A stretch of DNA of 64,000 bases from Candidatus Woesearchaeota archaeon (GTDB lineage: Archaea > Nanobdellota > Nanobdellia > Woesearchaeales > JACPBV01), in the NCBI GenBank assembly GCA_016180135.1, contig JACPBV010000023.1, forward strand, positions 7,405 to 71,404. The letters are read 5' to 3'. Every line of letters starts with the position of its first letter. Within the stretch, counting starts at the first letter, position 1. The position numbers were made by a program, and so were the translations under genes. Below are positions 1 through 8,092 of this stretch, in pieces. The notes beneath the pieces were generated by a model. It had not been told where the DNA came from. It searched no databases and was given only the letters and a program-made list of their open reading frames with translations.

Positions 1-73
1 CAAGCGTGTTTTCCTGGGAGAGCTTTTCAAGCTTTTTCTTTGCCTGAGGCATCCAGGAAACTTCATAATCCAT
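1..73 (-). CDS. RelE/ParE-family toxin, 5' part (runs off the window edge; not in the ORF track)
   Basis: Manual translation gives MDYEVSWMPQAKKKLEKLSQENTL, a RelE-like N-terminus (YxVxW...AxKxLxKL); its start overlaps the stop of the upstream antitoxin. Confidence 0.7.
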   Translation of the reverse strand, partial: MDYEVSWMPQAKKKLEKLSQENTL

Positions 74-317
74 GGCTCAGCCCCAACTTCTTCATAAGCT
101 GCTTTGTGGAAACCCCTTTTCCTTCTTTTGATTCTTTCCGTCCCTGCTCGATCTCAGCAAGTATTGATTGGGTCAATTCCGGCTCATCTTTGTTAAGCTT
201 TTCGATGATAGCAATGACTTTGTTGAGCAGCTCATCGTAAGTCTCCCTCCTGTATTCTTTCAGGGATTTTAACCTCTCGAGTGTTTCTTTTCCGATTTGG
301 ATCGATGTTTGTTCCAT
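63..317 (-). CDS. Antitoxin (RHH-like N-terminus, RelB-type C-terminus)
   Basis: MEQTSIQIGKETLERLKSLKEYRRETYDELL...EIEQGRKESKEGKGVSTKQLMKKLGL. BRE/TATA (AAACCTTTATATA on minus) and a TTATAGA-N4-TCTATAA dyad lie upstream. Confidence 0.8.
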   Translation of the reverse strand: MEQTSIQIGKETLERLKSLKEYRRETYDELLNKVIAIIEKLNKDEPELTQSILAEIEQGRKESKEGKGVSTKQLMKKLGLSHGL

Positions 318-511
318 TTGCACCTCATTATAGATTGCTCTATAACAAAACAATAACCGATATATAAAGGTTTGTTTTTCTAATTGGGCAGCTTTGTCAT
401 TGGCAGCGCTTGATCCCGGCTCTTTTCTTGGAATGTATAAACAAAAGACAAGGAAGATTGTTTCAGTGAGAAATCAGAAAGGTATTTAACCTTCAGTAAA
501 TCCGCTTTGTT

Positions 512-2209
512 ATGGCGGCGCATCAGAAGTATTTTCTCCTGAAGTTCTTTCTGGCAGTTTCTATCCTCTTCATACTTTCAGGCATTATATTTGCGCTCTC
601 CGATACTGGCATCGCGCAGCAGGGCGTTACAGAAGAAAGCCAGCAAGACTGGCATTGCAATAACCTACCTGGTTCTGTCAAAGCACACTGCGAGTCATTT
701 AACGCAATTGATGGCAGGCTTGCTGGAGCCAATTGGTATCTTGGCAAAAATAACAGCCATGGCTCGATAGCATGGACAAGAAGCCCTCTTGTAAACGGGT
801 ATGCTATCATGTATCGCGTCACCAACGACACATATTACCTTGATAAGGCAATAACCCAGATCGATGACATTTTGGCATTGAGGGATGATAACCGGGGATT
901 TCTCGACTACACCAACCGCTCGCTTGCCGGATGGAGCGCAACGAATTATTCGAACACATCTTTGGGTTTGCGGTTTGCGGTCCACAGCGGAGTCATCATC
1001 TACCCGATGCTGGACATTGCCAGGTCCGTCCTGCAAAAAAGCGGGATGCAGGAATTTTATACCCAAAAAGCACTGGAGTATATTGAAGAAGCAAAAAAAG
1101 TAGCTGATGCCCACGAAGAGGAATGGGTCAACGGCCCTGATACAAGGGTAAGCGGAAGCGAAGGCTACTATCAATTCCCCCCAGATTTTCCCGCAGACCG
1201 GCCGGGGATGAATCTCCCCAATAACCAGCAGCTTGCCATGGGCTCTTCCCTTCTTCTTCTCTATAACCTCACCGGCAATGGCACTTTTCTTGATAAGGCC
1301 GAACGCATGGGGATGATGCTAAAAAATGATTTAAACAAGTCAAATGGCACCTTTAACTGGCATTATTGGCCGGGCAAAGAGGGGATTAATGTAACTAAAA
1401 ACAGGCCCGAGGATATCGGCCATGGCCATGGGGGCATTGACATCAATTTTGCCTATGATGCATGGGCGCAGGGGGTGCTGTTTAATGATACTGAAATGGG
1501 CATATTTGCCAGCACTTTCACCTCAAAGATATTTAATGGCAACCTCAATAATATATCCTTTCGCGTCAATGGAAGCACCACGGTGAACACAACTGATTAC
1601 AAGAATATTGGAAGATGGCTTTACCTCACTCCTTTTGATGCAGAGGTTTACCGCATCATCGAAAAGATTTATGCCTTCAACAATTTTTCCCTCACCGCAA
1701 ACAGAAATGCCCTCGAGGGCTATGCGATGCTCGCTGAATTCTGGCCGGGAAACAGTCCCAGGAGTTTTAATCTGAGCCTGCAGAAGGGATGGAGCCTTTT
1801 TTCAGTCCCGCTTGCGCTCAACAGCACTTCCCATGGGCTTTCCCAGCTTCTCCAGCAGGGCCTTATCTTGTCGTTCAACAACACCGGGAAAAAATTTTAC
1901 CGTGCTTCCGAGATTAAAGCTGGAGAAGCTTATATAACAAAATCTGCCCAGGAAATAATAATTCCCCTGCAGGGCGCCGGGAATGAAAATGCTGTTTTAA
2001 ATATCACCCCAGGGATCAGCCTTATCGGATTTCCTTTCTCTGAGGCAATAAATGCAAGCGATTTCGTTGAGACAATACTGGGCGATGAAAATGTTTCTTT
2101 GTATGCGTTCAATCAAACCTGGCTGGTGTATAATCCTCAGGCAGGGATGGCGGGGCAGTCATTAAAGGTATTAAAGCCGGGATCTGCATACTGGGCAAGG
2201 AAGAGGTGA
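512..2209 (+). CDS. Secreted/surface glycoprotein; probable six-hairpin (alpha/alpha)6 enzyme-like domain plus C-terminal 'LQKGWSLFSVP' surface domain
   Basis: N-terminal signal peptide, many NxS/T sequons, repeated helical motifs (YYLDKA, FLDKA) and a GW[NS]L-type C-terminal domain; fold call is inferred. Confidence 0.5.
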   Translation: MAAHQKYFLLKFFLAVSILFILSGIIFALSDTGIAQQGVTEESQQDWHCNNLPGSVKAHCESFNAIDGRLAGANWYLGKNNSHGSIAWTRSPLVNGYAIMYRVTNDTYYLDKAITQIDDILALRDDNRGFLDYTNRSLAGWSATNYSNTSLGLRFAVHSGVIIYPMLDIARSVLQKSGMQEFYTQKALEYIEEAKKVADAHEEEWVNGPDTRVSGSEGYYQFPPDFPADRPGMNLPNNQQLAMGSSLLLLYNLTGNGTFLDKAERMGMMLKNDLNKSNGTFNWHYWPGKEGINVTKNRPEDIGHGHGGIDINFAYDAWAQGVLFNDTEMGIFASTFTSKIFNGNLNNISFRVNGSTTVNTTDYKNIGRWLYLTPFDAEVYRIIEKIYAFNNFSLTANRNALEGYAMLAEFWPGNSPRSFNLSLQKGWSLFSVPLALNSTSHGLSQLLQQGLILSFNNTGKKFYRASEIKAGEAYITKSAQEIIIPLQGAGNENAVLNITPGISLIGFPFSEAINASDFVETILGDENVSLYAFNQTWLVYNPQAGMAGQSLKVLKPGSAYWARKR

Positions 2210-2293
2210 GGTTTATTTTATGTTTGGAACGCTATCAAGCTTTTACCGATGATTTTTTCTCCCTGAAAACCTATACTATTCTCCAGAATGATG

Positions 2294-2758
2294 CTAAGCC
2301 TTCTTTTGGTAATATAGGATATCGAATTCTGCATACCCTTCTTTCTTTTCAACAATCCATTCCCTTTCGTCAAAGCCAGGGAAGAAGGTGTCGCCGGGAT
2401 AGTACTTCTTAACCCACGAAAGTATCATCTTGTCTGCAAACGGAAGAGTCTGCCTGAAGATAGTTGAGCCGCCGATGACAAAAATTTCTTTTCCGAAAGA
2501 TTTTGCCCTTTCAACAGCGCTTTGGATATCATGAAAGACCTCGCAGCCCTGAATTTCGTGCGCTGAGCTGGATATAACGATGTTAACCCTTTTCGGGAGA
2601 GGGCGGCCAATGGATTCGTAGGTCTTCCTCCCCATAATGATAACGCTGTCTTTTGTGGTGTTCCTGAAATGCTGCATCTCCTCAGGGATGTCCCAGGGCA
2701 GCCTGCCGTCTTTGCCGATGACTTTGTCCTTTGTCAGTGCACAGATGAGGGTAATCAT
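2294..2758 (-). CDS. folA: Dihydrofolate reductase
   Basis: VIGKDGRLPWDIPEEMQHF, IMGRKTYESIGRPLPKRVNIV, FVIGGSTIF, GDTFFP motifs. Confidence 0.97.
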   Translation of the reverse strand: MITLICALTKDKVIGKDGRLPWDIPEEMQHFRNTTKDSVIIMGRKTYESIGRPLPKRVNIVISSSAHEIQGCEVFHDIQSAVERAKSFGKEIFVIGGSTIFRQTLPFADKMILSWVKKYYPGDTFFPGFDEREWIVEKKEGYAEFDILYYQKKA

Positions 2759-2830
2759 TGAAGAATGGCTAATTTGACCTATTATATAAATTTTTGTTTA
2801 ACAAAAGATAATCCTCAAAGAGAAAGTGAA

Positions 2831-3973
2831 TCAAATCGCACACACAAACTTCTTCACCCTGACATCATTTCCGGCCAAATCTGCCTTTGAGAGGACATAT
2901 AGATTCCCGTCATTGTCAAAATCCATCATGTAGGCATTGTAGAGATACTGGTTTTGGTTTCCCTGGAAAGTTCCCGGGTTGGGGTTGAGTAGATAGTTCT
3001 TGAGAAGTGCGCCGGTATTGTCAAATACCTTGATGCCGTATTGGTGCAAAATAAAAATATTTCCGCCATCATCGACCAGCATCTGCTTTGCAGGAAGGAA
3101 ATAGCCTCCGCTGTACCACGATGAAGGGGCAGTCCTAAGGTCTATTGATTTTTGGTAATCCCTTTCAGCCTTGTTTCTGACTTCGACCTGATATCCCCAG
3201 TTTGCTGAGTTACTTGGTTTTATGAATATGAGGAAATAATAATCGCCTGATGGCGCGACTGCCATATGATAGGAGGGATCCGTTGCTTCAAGAGTCCTTT
3301 CGTATGTTCCGGAAAGAGTATATTGGTTAAAGACAAACTTTCCCCTGCTGTCAATAACGGGGGTATAATATTTGCTTCCGGAGTAGACAGACAATGCCGA
3401 AGCGCCTGGACCGGAGCCAACTCCGCCAAAACCATACCATTTTTGCGGCGCAGTCCCGATTGTTCCGGAAGGCCCCCCGTTCCATGGCGGGCTGTACCAC
3501 TTTAAAGTATTCTTTTCAGCGATGTAAACTTTTCCGTCTTCACCGACGCCGAACATCCTGTCCGCTTCAGAAGGGTTGTCAAATTCTTTTTTAGGCGTGC
3601 CATCGCTTCCCACGATATAGTTAAATTCCCTTCCTGGCCATGGGTATGCTGCAAAAAGCAAGAGATCGCCGTTATCAAGCGCCTTTAACCCCGGATATTC
3701 GGCAAAAAGGCCTTTATTCTCGGCAGTCTCAGGGATATTTGCAAGAATGCTGCCTCCGGAAATATTCTGTTCAAATACATAGCTGCCGCACAGCCCGGTG
3801 GATGATGCAAGCGTGCTGAAGACTGCTGCAACATTTTCCCCGCCGTCGACCCACTGACCGACCAGCGCAACGATAGCGCTTTCAGGCTCCTGATCCGTTA
3901 AGGCAGCCGGGGAAAAAGCAATCAATGCCATCACCAATGCAATTCCGGCAATGAAAGCTCCTTTTGTTCCCAT
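2831..3973 (-). CDS. Secreted NHL-like beta-propeller protein
   Basis: Signal peptide plus repeated blades (FGVGEDGKVYIAE, MAVAPSGDYY, MLVDDGGNIFIL..GIKVFD, MDFDNDGNLYVL). Confidence 0.65.
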   Translation of the reverse strand: MGTKGAFIAGIALVMALIAFSPAALTDQEPESAIVALVGQWVDGGENVAAVFSTLASSTGLCGSYVFEQNISGGSILANIPETAENKGLFAEYPGLKALDNGDLLLFAAYPWPGREFNYIVGSDGTPKKEFDNPSEADRMFGVGEDGKVYIAEKNTLKWYSPPWNGGPSGTIGTAPQKWYGFGGVGSGPGASALSVYSGSKYYTPVIDSRGKFVFNQYTLSGTYERTLEATDPSYHMAVAPSGDYYFLIFIKPSNSANWGYQVEVRNKAERDYQKSIDLRTAPSSWYSGGYFLPAKQMLVDDGGNIFILHQYGIKVFDNTGALLKNYLLNPNPGTFQGNQNQYLYNAYMMDFDNDGNLYVLSKADLAGNDVRVKKFVCAI

Positions 3974-4036
3974 AATGCAGATTCCTGCCTTTAATCCTTA
4001 AAAATGTTTTGATTTTGACGAATTCAAAATCGGCAA

Positions 4037-4065
4037 TCAGACGGCAATCTCAAACTTAATCCTCG
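4037..4065 (-). repeat. Displaced copy 1 of the thyA 3' end (encodes RIKFEIAV*)
   Basis: The 22-bp core GCAATCTCAAACTTAATCCTCG at 4044-4065 is identical to 4729-4750 and 5477-5498. Confidence 0.92.
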
Positions 4066-4108
4066 ATGGAAGGTTAAAAAGAATTCTCCCCATGTTTCCT
4101 AACGGAAG

Positions 4109-4492
4109 TCACAATACAAATGCCCCCTCAACCCCCTTAAAGTCATTATCTGTCGCCAAAAGCATCGAAGAATTATTCTTTGCTGTGGCAAGGTGGAGAG
4201 CATCGATAAGCCCGAACTTCTGGTGCGCAGAGCGTATCTTCATCTTGAGCTTTGAGGCTTCGAGGGCGATGGGAACAGTCAGGGGAAGGATAGCTGCTTT
4301 ACTTTTGATGAAATCCAGCCGGCCAGTAAATGGCCTCCCTTCACGCCCATATTTGTCGGCAAGCTCTGCAATTGCCAGGATTGATGTGCCAAGGCTCTTC
4401 TCTTCAAGAATCTTCTGGATGGCAATTCCAGCCTCGCTCCCGCCAAAGTAATCAGCCCATGCAGAGCTGTCCACGATAAAATCAAAGCTCAC
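4109..4492 (-). CDS. vapC: PIN-domain VapC toxin
   Basis: IVDSSAW, AIAEL, GLIDALHLATA, ATDNDF; overlaps the antitoxin stop. Confidence 0.9.
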   Translation of the reverse strand: MSFDFIVDSSAWADYFGGSEAGIAIQKILEEKSLGTSILAIAELADKYGREGRPFTGRLDFIKSKAAILPLTVPIALEASKLKMKIRSAHQKFGLIDALHLATAKNNSSMLLATDNDFKGVEGAFVL

Positions 4493-4679
4493 GGACCTTC
4501 ATCCTGTCTTCCTTTTTCCATCTCATCCCCTTATCAGCGCCGAACATTGAGTTGGGTATTTTTTTCTTTTGGGAAAGTGTGTTGAGGATGACCTCGTCAT
4601 AGGAGGCTGCGTTCTCTTCTTCCTTATATTTCTCCAAGAGCTGCTTTGTCGTTTCTGAAACCTGGATAGTAGTTGGCAT
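4482..4679 (-). CDS. vapB: Archaeal VapB-type antitoxin
   Basis: 65 aa, PTTIQVSETTKQLLEKYK...SYDEVI...SMFGA, directly upstream of vapC. Confidence 0.85.
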   Translation of the reverse strand: MPTTIQVSETTKQLLEKYKEEENAASYDEVILNTLSQKKKIPNSMFGADKGMRWKKEDRMKVREL

Positions 4680-4684
4680 AAAGG

Positions 4685-4715
4685 CTATAGTTATAGCTAT
4701 AGTTATAAAGGTTTT
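4685..4715 (-). promoter_or_regulatory. BRE/TATA promoter with tandem operator repeats
   Basis: Minus strand AAAACCTTTATAA plus two copies of CTATAGTTATA immediately before the vapB start. Confidence 0.65.
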
Positions 4716-4721
4716 GGTACG

Positions 4722-4793
4722 TCAAACGGCAATCTCAAACTTAATCCTCGGATAGGATCCATAGCCGGTAATTTCAGAATCTTCTGATTGCCA
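4722..4793 (-). pseudogene. Displaced copy 2 of the thyA 3' end (WQSEDSEITGYGSYPRIKFEIAV*)
   Basis: Ungapped alignment to thyA 5470-5541 gives 56/72 nt and 16/23 aa identical, with several synonymous differences. Confidence 0.92.
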
Positions 4794-4822
4794 AAGAATA
4801 CCTGAGGAGCTTTGAAATATCC

Positions 4823-5236
4823 CTATGAGCTGCTCCCGCTCTTTTTCGAGATGTCTATAACCTCTTCCAAATGGGTCAAATGAAAATCACCGGTCACCAC
4901 TTTTCCATTAAGGAATTTGGCTGTGGCGAGAATTATGCCGTCAATGAGGCCAAAACCTGTGAATCGCTTCCGTATCTCATTCTTGAGCCTTCCTGCCTGG
5001 AAGGCAATTTCTGGATTGATGGGCTGAAGCTGAGTATTGAAAGTTATAAAATTGGCAATCTCCTGCCACCGGGCATTAATCTTTCCTTTTGCATAGGCGT
5101 CTCCTATCTCAGCGAGAACAACTGAGGGAGTGCACAGGGGTTCTTCACCGCTCTCGAGAAGCTTTCTCACTTCAATTCCCTGGCTGCTTCCCTCAAAATA
5201 TTCTATCCATGCATAAGTGTCAAGAACAAGCGTCAT
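4823..5236 (-). CDS. vapC: PIN-domain VapC toxin
   Basis: LVLDTYAWIEY, VVLAEI, GLIDGIILATA, VVTGDFH; ATGA overlap with the antitoxin. Confidence 0.9.
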   Translation of the reverse strand: MTLVLDTYAWIEYFEGSSQGIEVRKLLESGEEPLCTPSVVLAEIGDAYAKGKINARWQEIANFITFNTQLQPINPEIAFQAGRLKNEIRKRFTGFGLIDGIILATAKFLNGKVVTGDFHLTHLEEVIDISKKSGSSS

Positions 5237-5430
5237 ATTCTGTCCTTTCTGTCTCTGGAGAAAGATTCCCGCAGTCCCTTTGCTGCCCCGAACATGCTCT
5301 GCCTTACCTGTATCTTCTCTTCAGCGAGCTGGGACAGCAGCTGGTCAAATGATGACGCGCCCATGTTTTCCTTCAGTGACTCAAGCTCTTTGTGCGTCTT
5401 TAAGGTCACGGTGATGGTTTTTGCTTCCAT
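5233..5430 (-). CDS. vapB: Archaeal VapB-type antitoxin
   Basis: 65 aa, KTITVTLKTHKELESLK...SFDQLL...SMFGA; same family as 4482-4679 but diverged. Confidence 0.85.
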   Translation of the reverse strand: MEAKTITVTLKTHKELESLKENMGASSFDQLLSQLAEEKIQVRQSMFGAAKGLRESFSRDRKDRI

Positions 5431-5435
5431 ATTAA

Positions 5436-5465
5436 TAATAGATATTAGTAATAGATATAAATGTT
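5436..5465 (-). promoter_or_regulatory. TATA promoter with operator-like direct repeat
   Basis: TAATAGATAT at 5436 and 5449; minus-strand AACATTTATAT between the thyA stop and vapB. Confidence 0.55.
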
Positions 5466-5469
5466 GTGT

Positions 5470-6345
5470 TTACACCGCAATCTCAAACTTAATCCTCGGA
5501 TATGATTCATAATCAATAACTTCAGTATCCTCAGCCTTCCACTCAAAAATAGAAGTAAAATTCTTTGTTGAAATCTTTGGCAATGGATATCTGTTCGCGT
5601 CCCTCGATAACTGCTCTTTCGCCCCTTCAATATGGTTTTCGTAGATGTGGACATCGCCCAAAAATCCAACAAGCCTCCCTTCTTCCATCCCTGTTTCTTT
5701 GGCAAGAAGGTGCAGCAGCAGGCCGTAACTTGCAATATTAAATGGCAGCCCAAGCATAGTATCCACGCTCCTTTGGTCCCACATCAGATTTAATTTATTA
5801 CCAATCACCGTCACCTGGAAGCAATAATGGCATGGCGGCAGGGCCATCTTGTGCTTCGCAGCAGGATTCCATGCAGAAACGAGCATCCTTCTGTCAGTCG
5901 GGTCTTTTTTTAACGTCTCAACAACCATCCTGAGCTGGTCAATACCTTTGCCTCCATAATCAGAATCAAAGTTTTCATAATCCGCCCCAAAATGCCTCCA
6001 CTGGAACCCGTAGATAGCTCCCAAATCTCTTTCTTCAAACATTTTTTTCTTTGCAGCCCCATCATGCCCGTAAGGGGCTTTCGCAGGATTCGCCCATTCA
6101 TCCCAGATATGGTTGTTCCTGTCCTGCAGCCATCTTTTGTCCGTTATCCCTTTGATGAAGAACTCAAGCTCTATCGCAATAACTTTGAACGGCATCTTTT
6201 TTGTCGTAAGCAGCGGAAATCCTTTGCTCATATCATGCTCAAAGACTGCGCCAGCCATGGCAATTGTTTTTGTCCCAGTCCTGTTGGATACCAATACTCC
6301 TTGGGAAAGAACCTTTTTGACGAGCGAGAGATAGGCTTCCATCAT
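5470..6345 (-). CDS. thyA: Thymidylate synthase
   Basis: NRTGT, FPLLTTKKM, LGAIYGFQWRHF, ALPPCH, QRSVD, GLPFNIASY, GDVHIYENH. Confidence 0.98.
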   Translation of the reverse strand: MMEAYLSLVKKVLSQGVLVSNRTGTKTIAMAGAVFEHDMSKGFPLLTTKKMPFKVIAIELEFFIKGITDKRWLQDRNNHIWDEWANPAKAPYGHDGAAKKKMFEERDLGAIYGFQWRHFGADYENFDSDYGGKGIDQLRMVVETLKKDPTDRRMLVSAWNPAAKHKMALPPCHYCFQVTVIGNKLNLMWDQRSVDTMLGLPFNIASYGLLLHLLAKETGMEEGRLVGFLGDVHIYENHIEGAKEQLSRDANRYPLPKISTKNFTSIFEWKAEDTEVIDYESYPRIKFEIAV

Positions 6346-6387
6346 TGCATCAAATGACGGGGGTGGGATGGAAGTTTTTAAGGGTTC

Positions 6388-6434
6388 TGGTTTCCCTGAA
6401 TATGGTTTCCCTGCACATAGTTTCCCTGAACAAA
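6388..6434. repeat. 15-bp degenerate tandem repeat x3
   Basis: TGGTTTCCCTGAATA / TGGTTTCCCTGCACA / TAGTTTCCCTGAACA between divergent genes. Confidence 0.8.
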
Positions 6435-6462
6435 TGGTTTTTTAAAGAAAAAAGTATTCTTT

Positions 6463-7161
6463 ATGGCAATGAACGCTTATCCCGGCTTAGAAGGTATTTT
6501 GGCGAAAGGCTCGAGATTTACCGATGAAAAATGCCTTTCCAGGCTGTCAGAAGATGTTGTCACCTCCTATAAACAAGCGCTTTATGATACTGGATACTGG
6601 GGCTCTTCAGGCCATGTAAAAGGAAAAGGCCTTACCAAGATTGGGAGGGTCGCATTGAAGAGCGAAGAGTTTGGTGACAGCTTCCAAGGTAAGGATATTT
6701 CTCAGCTTTACAAGAACGCTCTGGGAGTTTATAAGAGGATGACTGCATTCGTTCCAAAAAGTGATAACCAAAAAAATGATCATGATGTAATGTTGGCACA
6801 TCAGCTCGTTGATTTAGGCTACTTTGCATCCACTATCTCTAAATTACTGCCGGATAAATCTGTGATAGATAACAGGGCAAATTATACGTGGGCATTAATC
6901 GCTTACACCCATTTCAGCAAGGTAAGGCGCATGATGAGGGAAGCGCCTCATTTGAAGGATTCTCTGTTTGCCAAGATAAATGACGGGGACTTCTATGATG
7001 CCCTTTATTGGAGCGCATTTTTCTCAAACAACAACGGGGCGGCAAGATTGGCCATTGAGATGGGGGAGATGATTGCTGCAGGCAGAGTAAAAAAGAAAGT
7101 CAGGGAGCAAATAGCATCAGGAAATGAAGAATTGAAGAAAAAGTTCGGGATTGCTGCCTAA
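6463..7161 (+). CDS. Hypothetical protein
   Basis: 232-aa ORF with no competing long ORF; no motif recognised. Confidence 0.6.
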   Translation: MAMNAYPGLEGILAKGSRFTDEKCLSRLSEDVVTSYKQALYDTGYWGSSGHVKGKGLTKIGRVALKSEEFGDSFQGKDISQLYKNALGVYKRMTAFVPKSDNQKNDHDVMLAHQLVDLGYFASTISKLLPDKSVIDNRANYTWALIAYTHFSKVRRMMREAPHLKDSLFAKINDGDFYDALYWSAFFSNNNGAARLAIEMGEMIAAGRVKKKVREQIASGNEELKKKFGIAA

Positions 7162-7294
7162 AAAATGTTGCCGATCCAAAAAGATTGCCCATCCAAAAAA
7201 TTGAGCAGCGATCATTGAATGCATCCATTCCAACAGGCCTTTGAAGGGAGTGGCCGGATATTTTTTGAAGTCTCTTCTACCGGGCCCGGCACAT

Positions 7295-8074
7295 TTACCT
7301 TCTTAAAGAATTTCCACGAACGCCCCTTAAGACTCGGCCATTAAATACCAGGTTTGGTTTTATCCTGGTGATAATCTTCCCTCTTGTGAAAATAACGAGG
7401 CCGGGAGTCTTGATTTTTGAGCCATTCACGGTCGAATCAGGATGCTCAATCTGCGTTACAATGTACTCTGCTTGGTCAGTATCGAACTCTTGAAACCCAA
7501 ATAGGCTCAAATATTTTTCCTGAGTTTTTTTTGGTATTCTAAATCGGGTTCCTAGGGCAGTAATCTCAACGGGCTCAGTTGTATGATTGAGGCGTATCTT
7601 CAATCCCTCTGCCCTTGCTTTCCCGGCAACAAGGCTATACAGTTCATGATATTCCTCCCCCAGGGTGTTCCCATCAGTATTTGAGTAGATGGGCGTGGTT
7701 ACAAATGAGCTGATATCGTTAACCCCAAAAAATTGAGAAACTTGCTCAGGGCTAGACAACCCATAATACCTTTGCCTGAGCGCAGCAAATGCATAATCAA
7801 TGCCAAGAACAGGATCTGCTCCAACAGCCCTAAAGGCTGCGATCACCGGATTTGGGATATCAGGATTCAAGTCTAACATCTTATCGGCCAGGTCTTCCAA
7901 GGAGTATCTTTTCGAAGGCTCAAGGCCATTTGCAATAAGATAGGGTTTGAGCCTCCTTCCGACAAAAGATTCAGCAATATACGCTAGGTCTGGCTCATTG
8001 ACGAGCGGGGAAGTGTGTGGTCTTCCCTGCGCATTTGCTTGGCATGTTACACCTGGATTCTGGAGCGCATCCAT
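7295..8074 (-). CDS. Hypothetical protein
   Basis: 259-aa ORF starting 19 nt after the mtaB stop; no motif recognised. Confidence 0.6.
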   Translation of the reverse strand: MDALQNPGVTCQANAQGRPHTSPLVNEPDLAYIAESFVGRRLKPYLIANGLEPSKRYSLEDLADKMLDLNPDIPNPVIAAFRAVGADPVLGIDYAFAALRQRYYGLSSPEQVSQFFGVNDISSFVTTPIYSNTDGNTLGEEYHELYSLVAGKARAEGLKIRLNHTTEPVEITALGTRFRIPKKTQEKYLSLFGFQEFDTDQAEYIVTQIEHPDSTVNGSKIKTPGLVIFTRGKIITRIKPNLVFNGRVLRGVRGNSLRR

Positions 8075-8092
8075 TCCTTTTTGGAATAGGCT

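Noticed and set aside
2801-2816. Possible fourth degenerate thyA-tail core (ACAAAAGATAATCCTC) before the folA promoter
   Set aside because: Only about 11/16 matches in AT-rich DNA; not distinguishable from chance.
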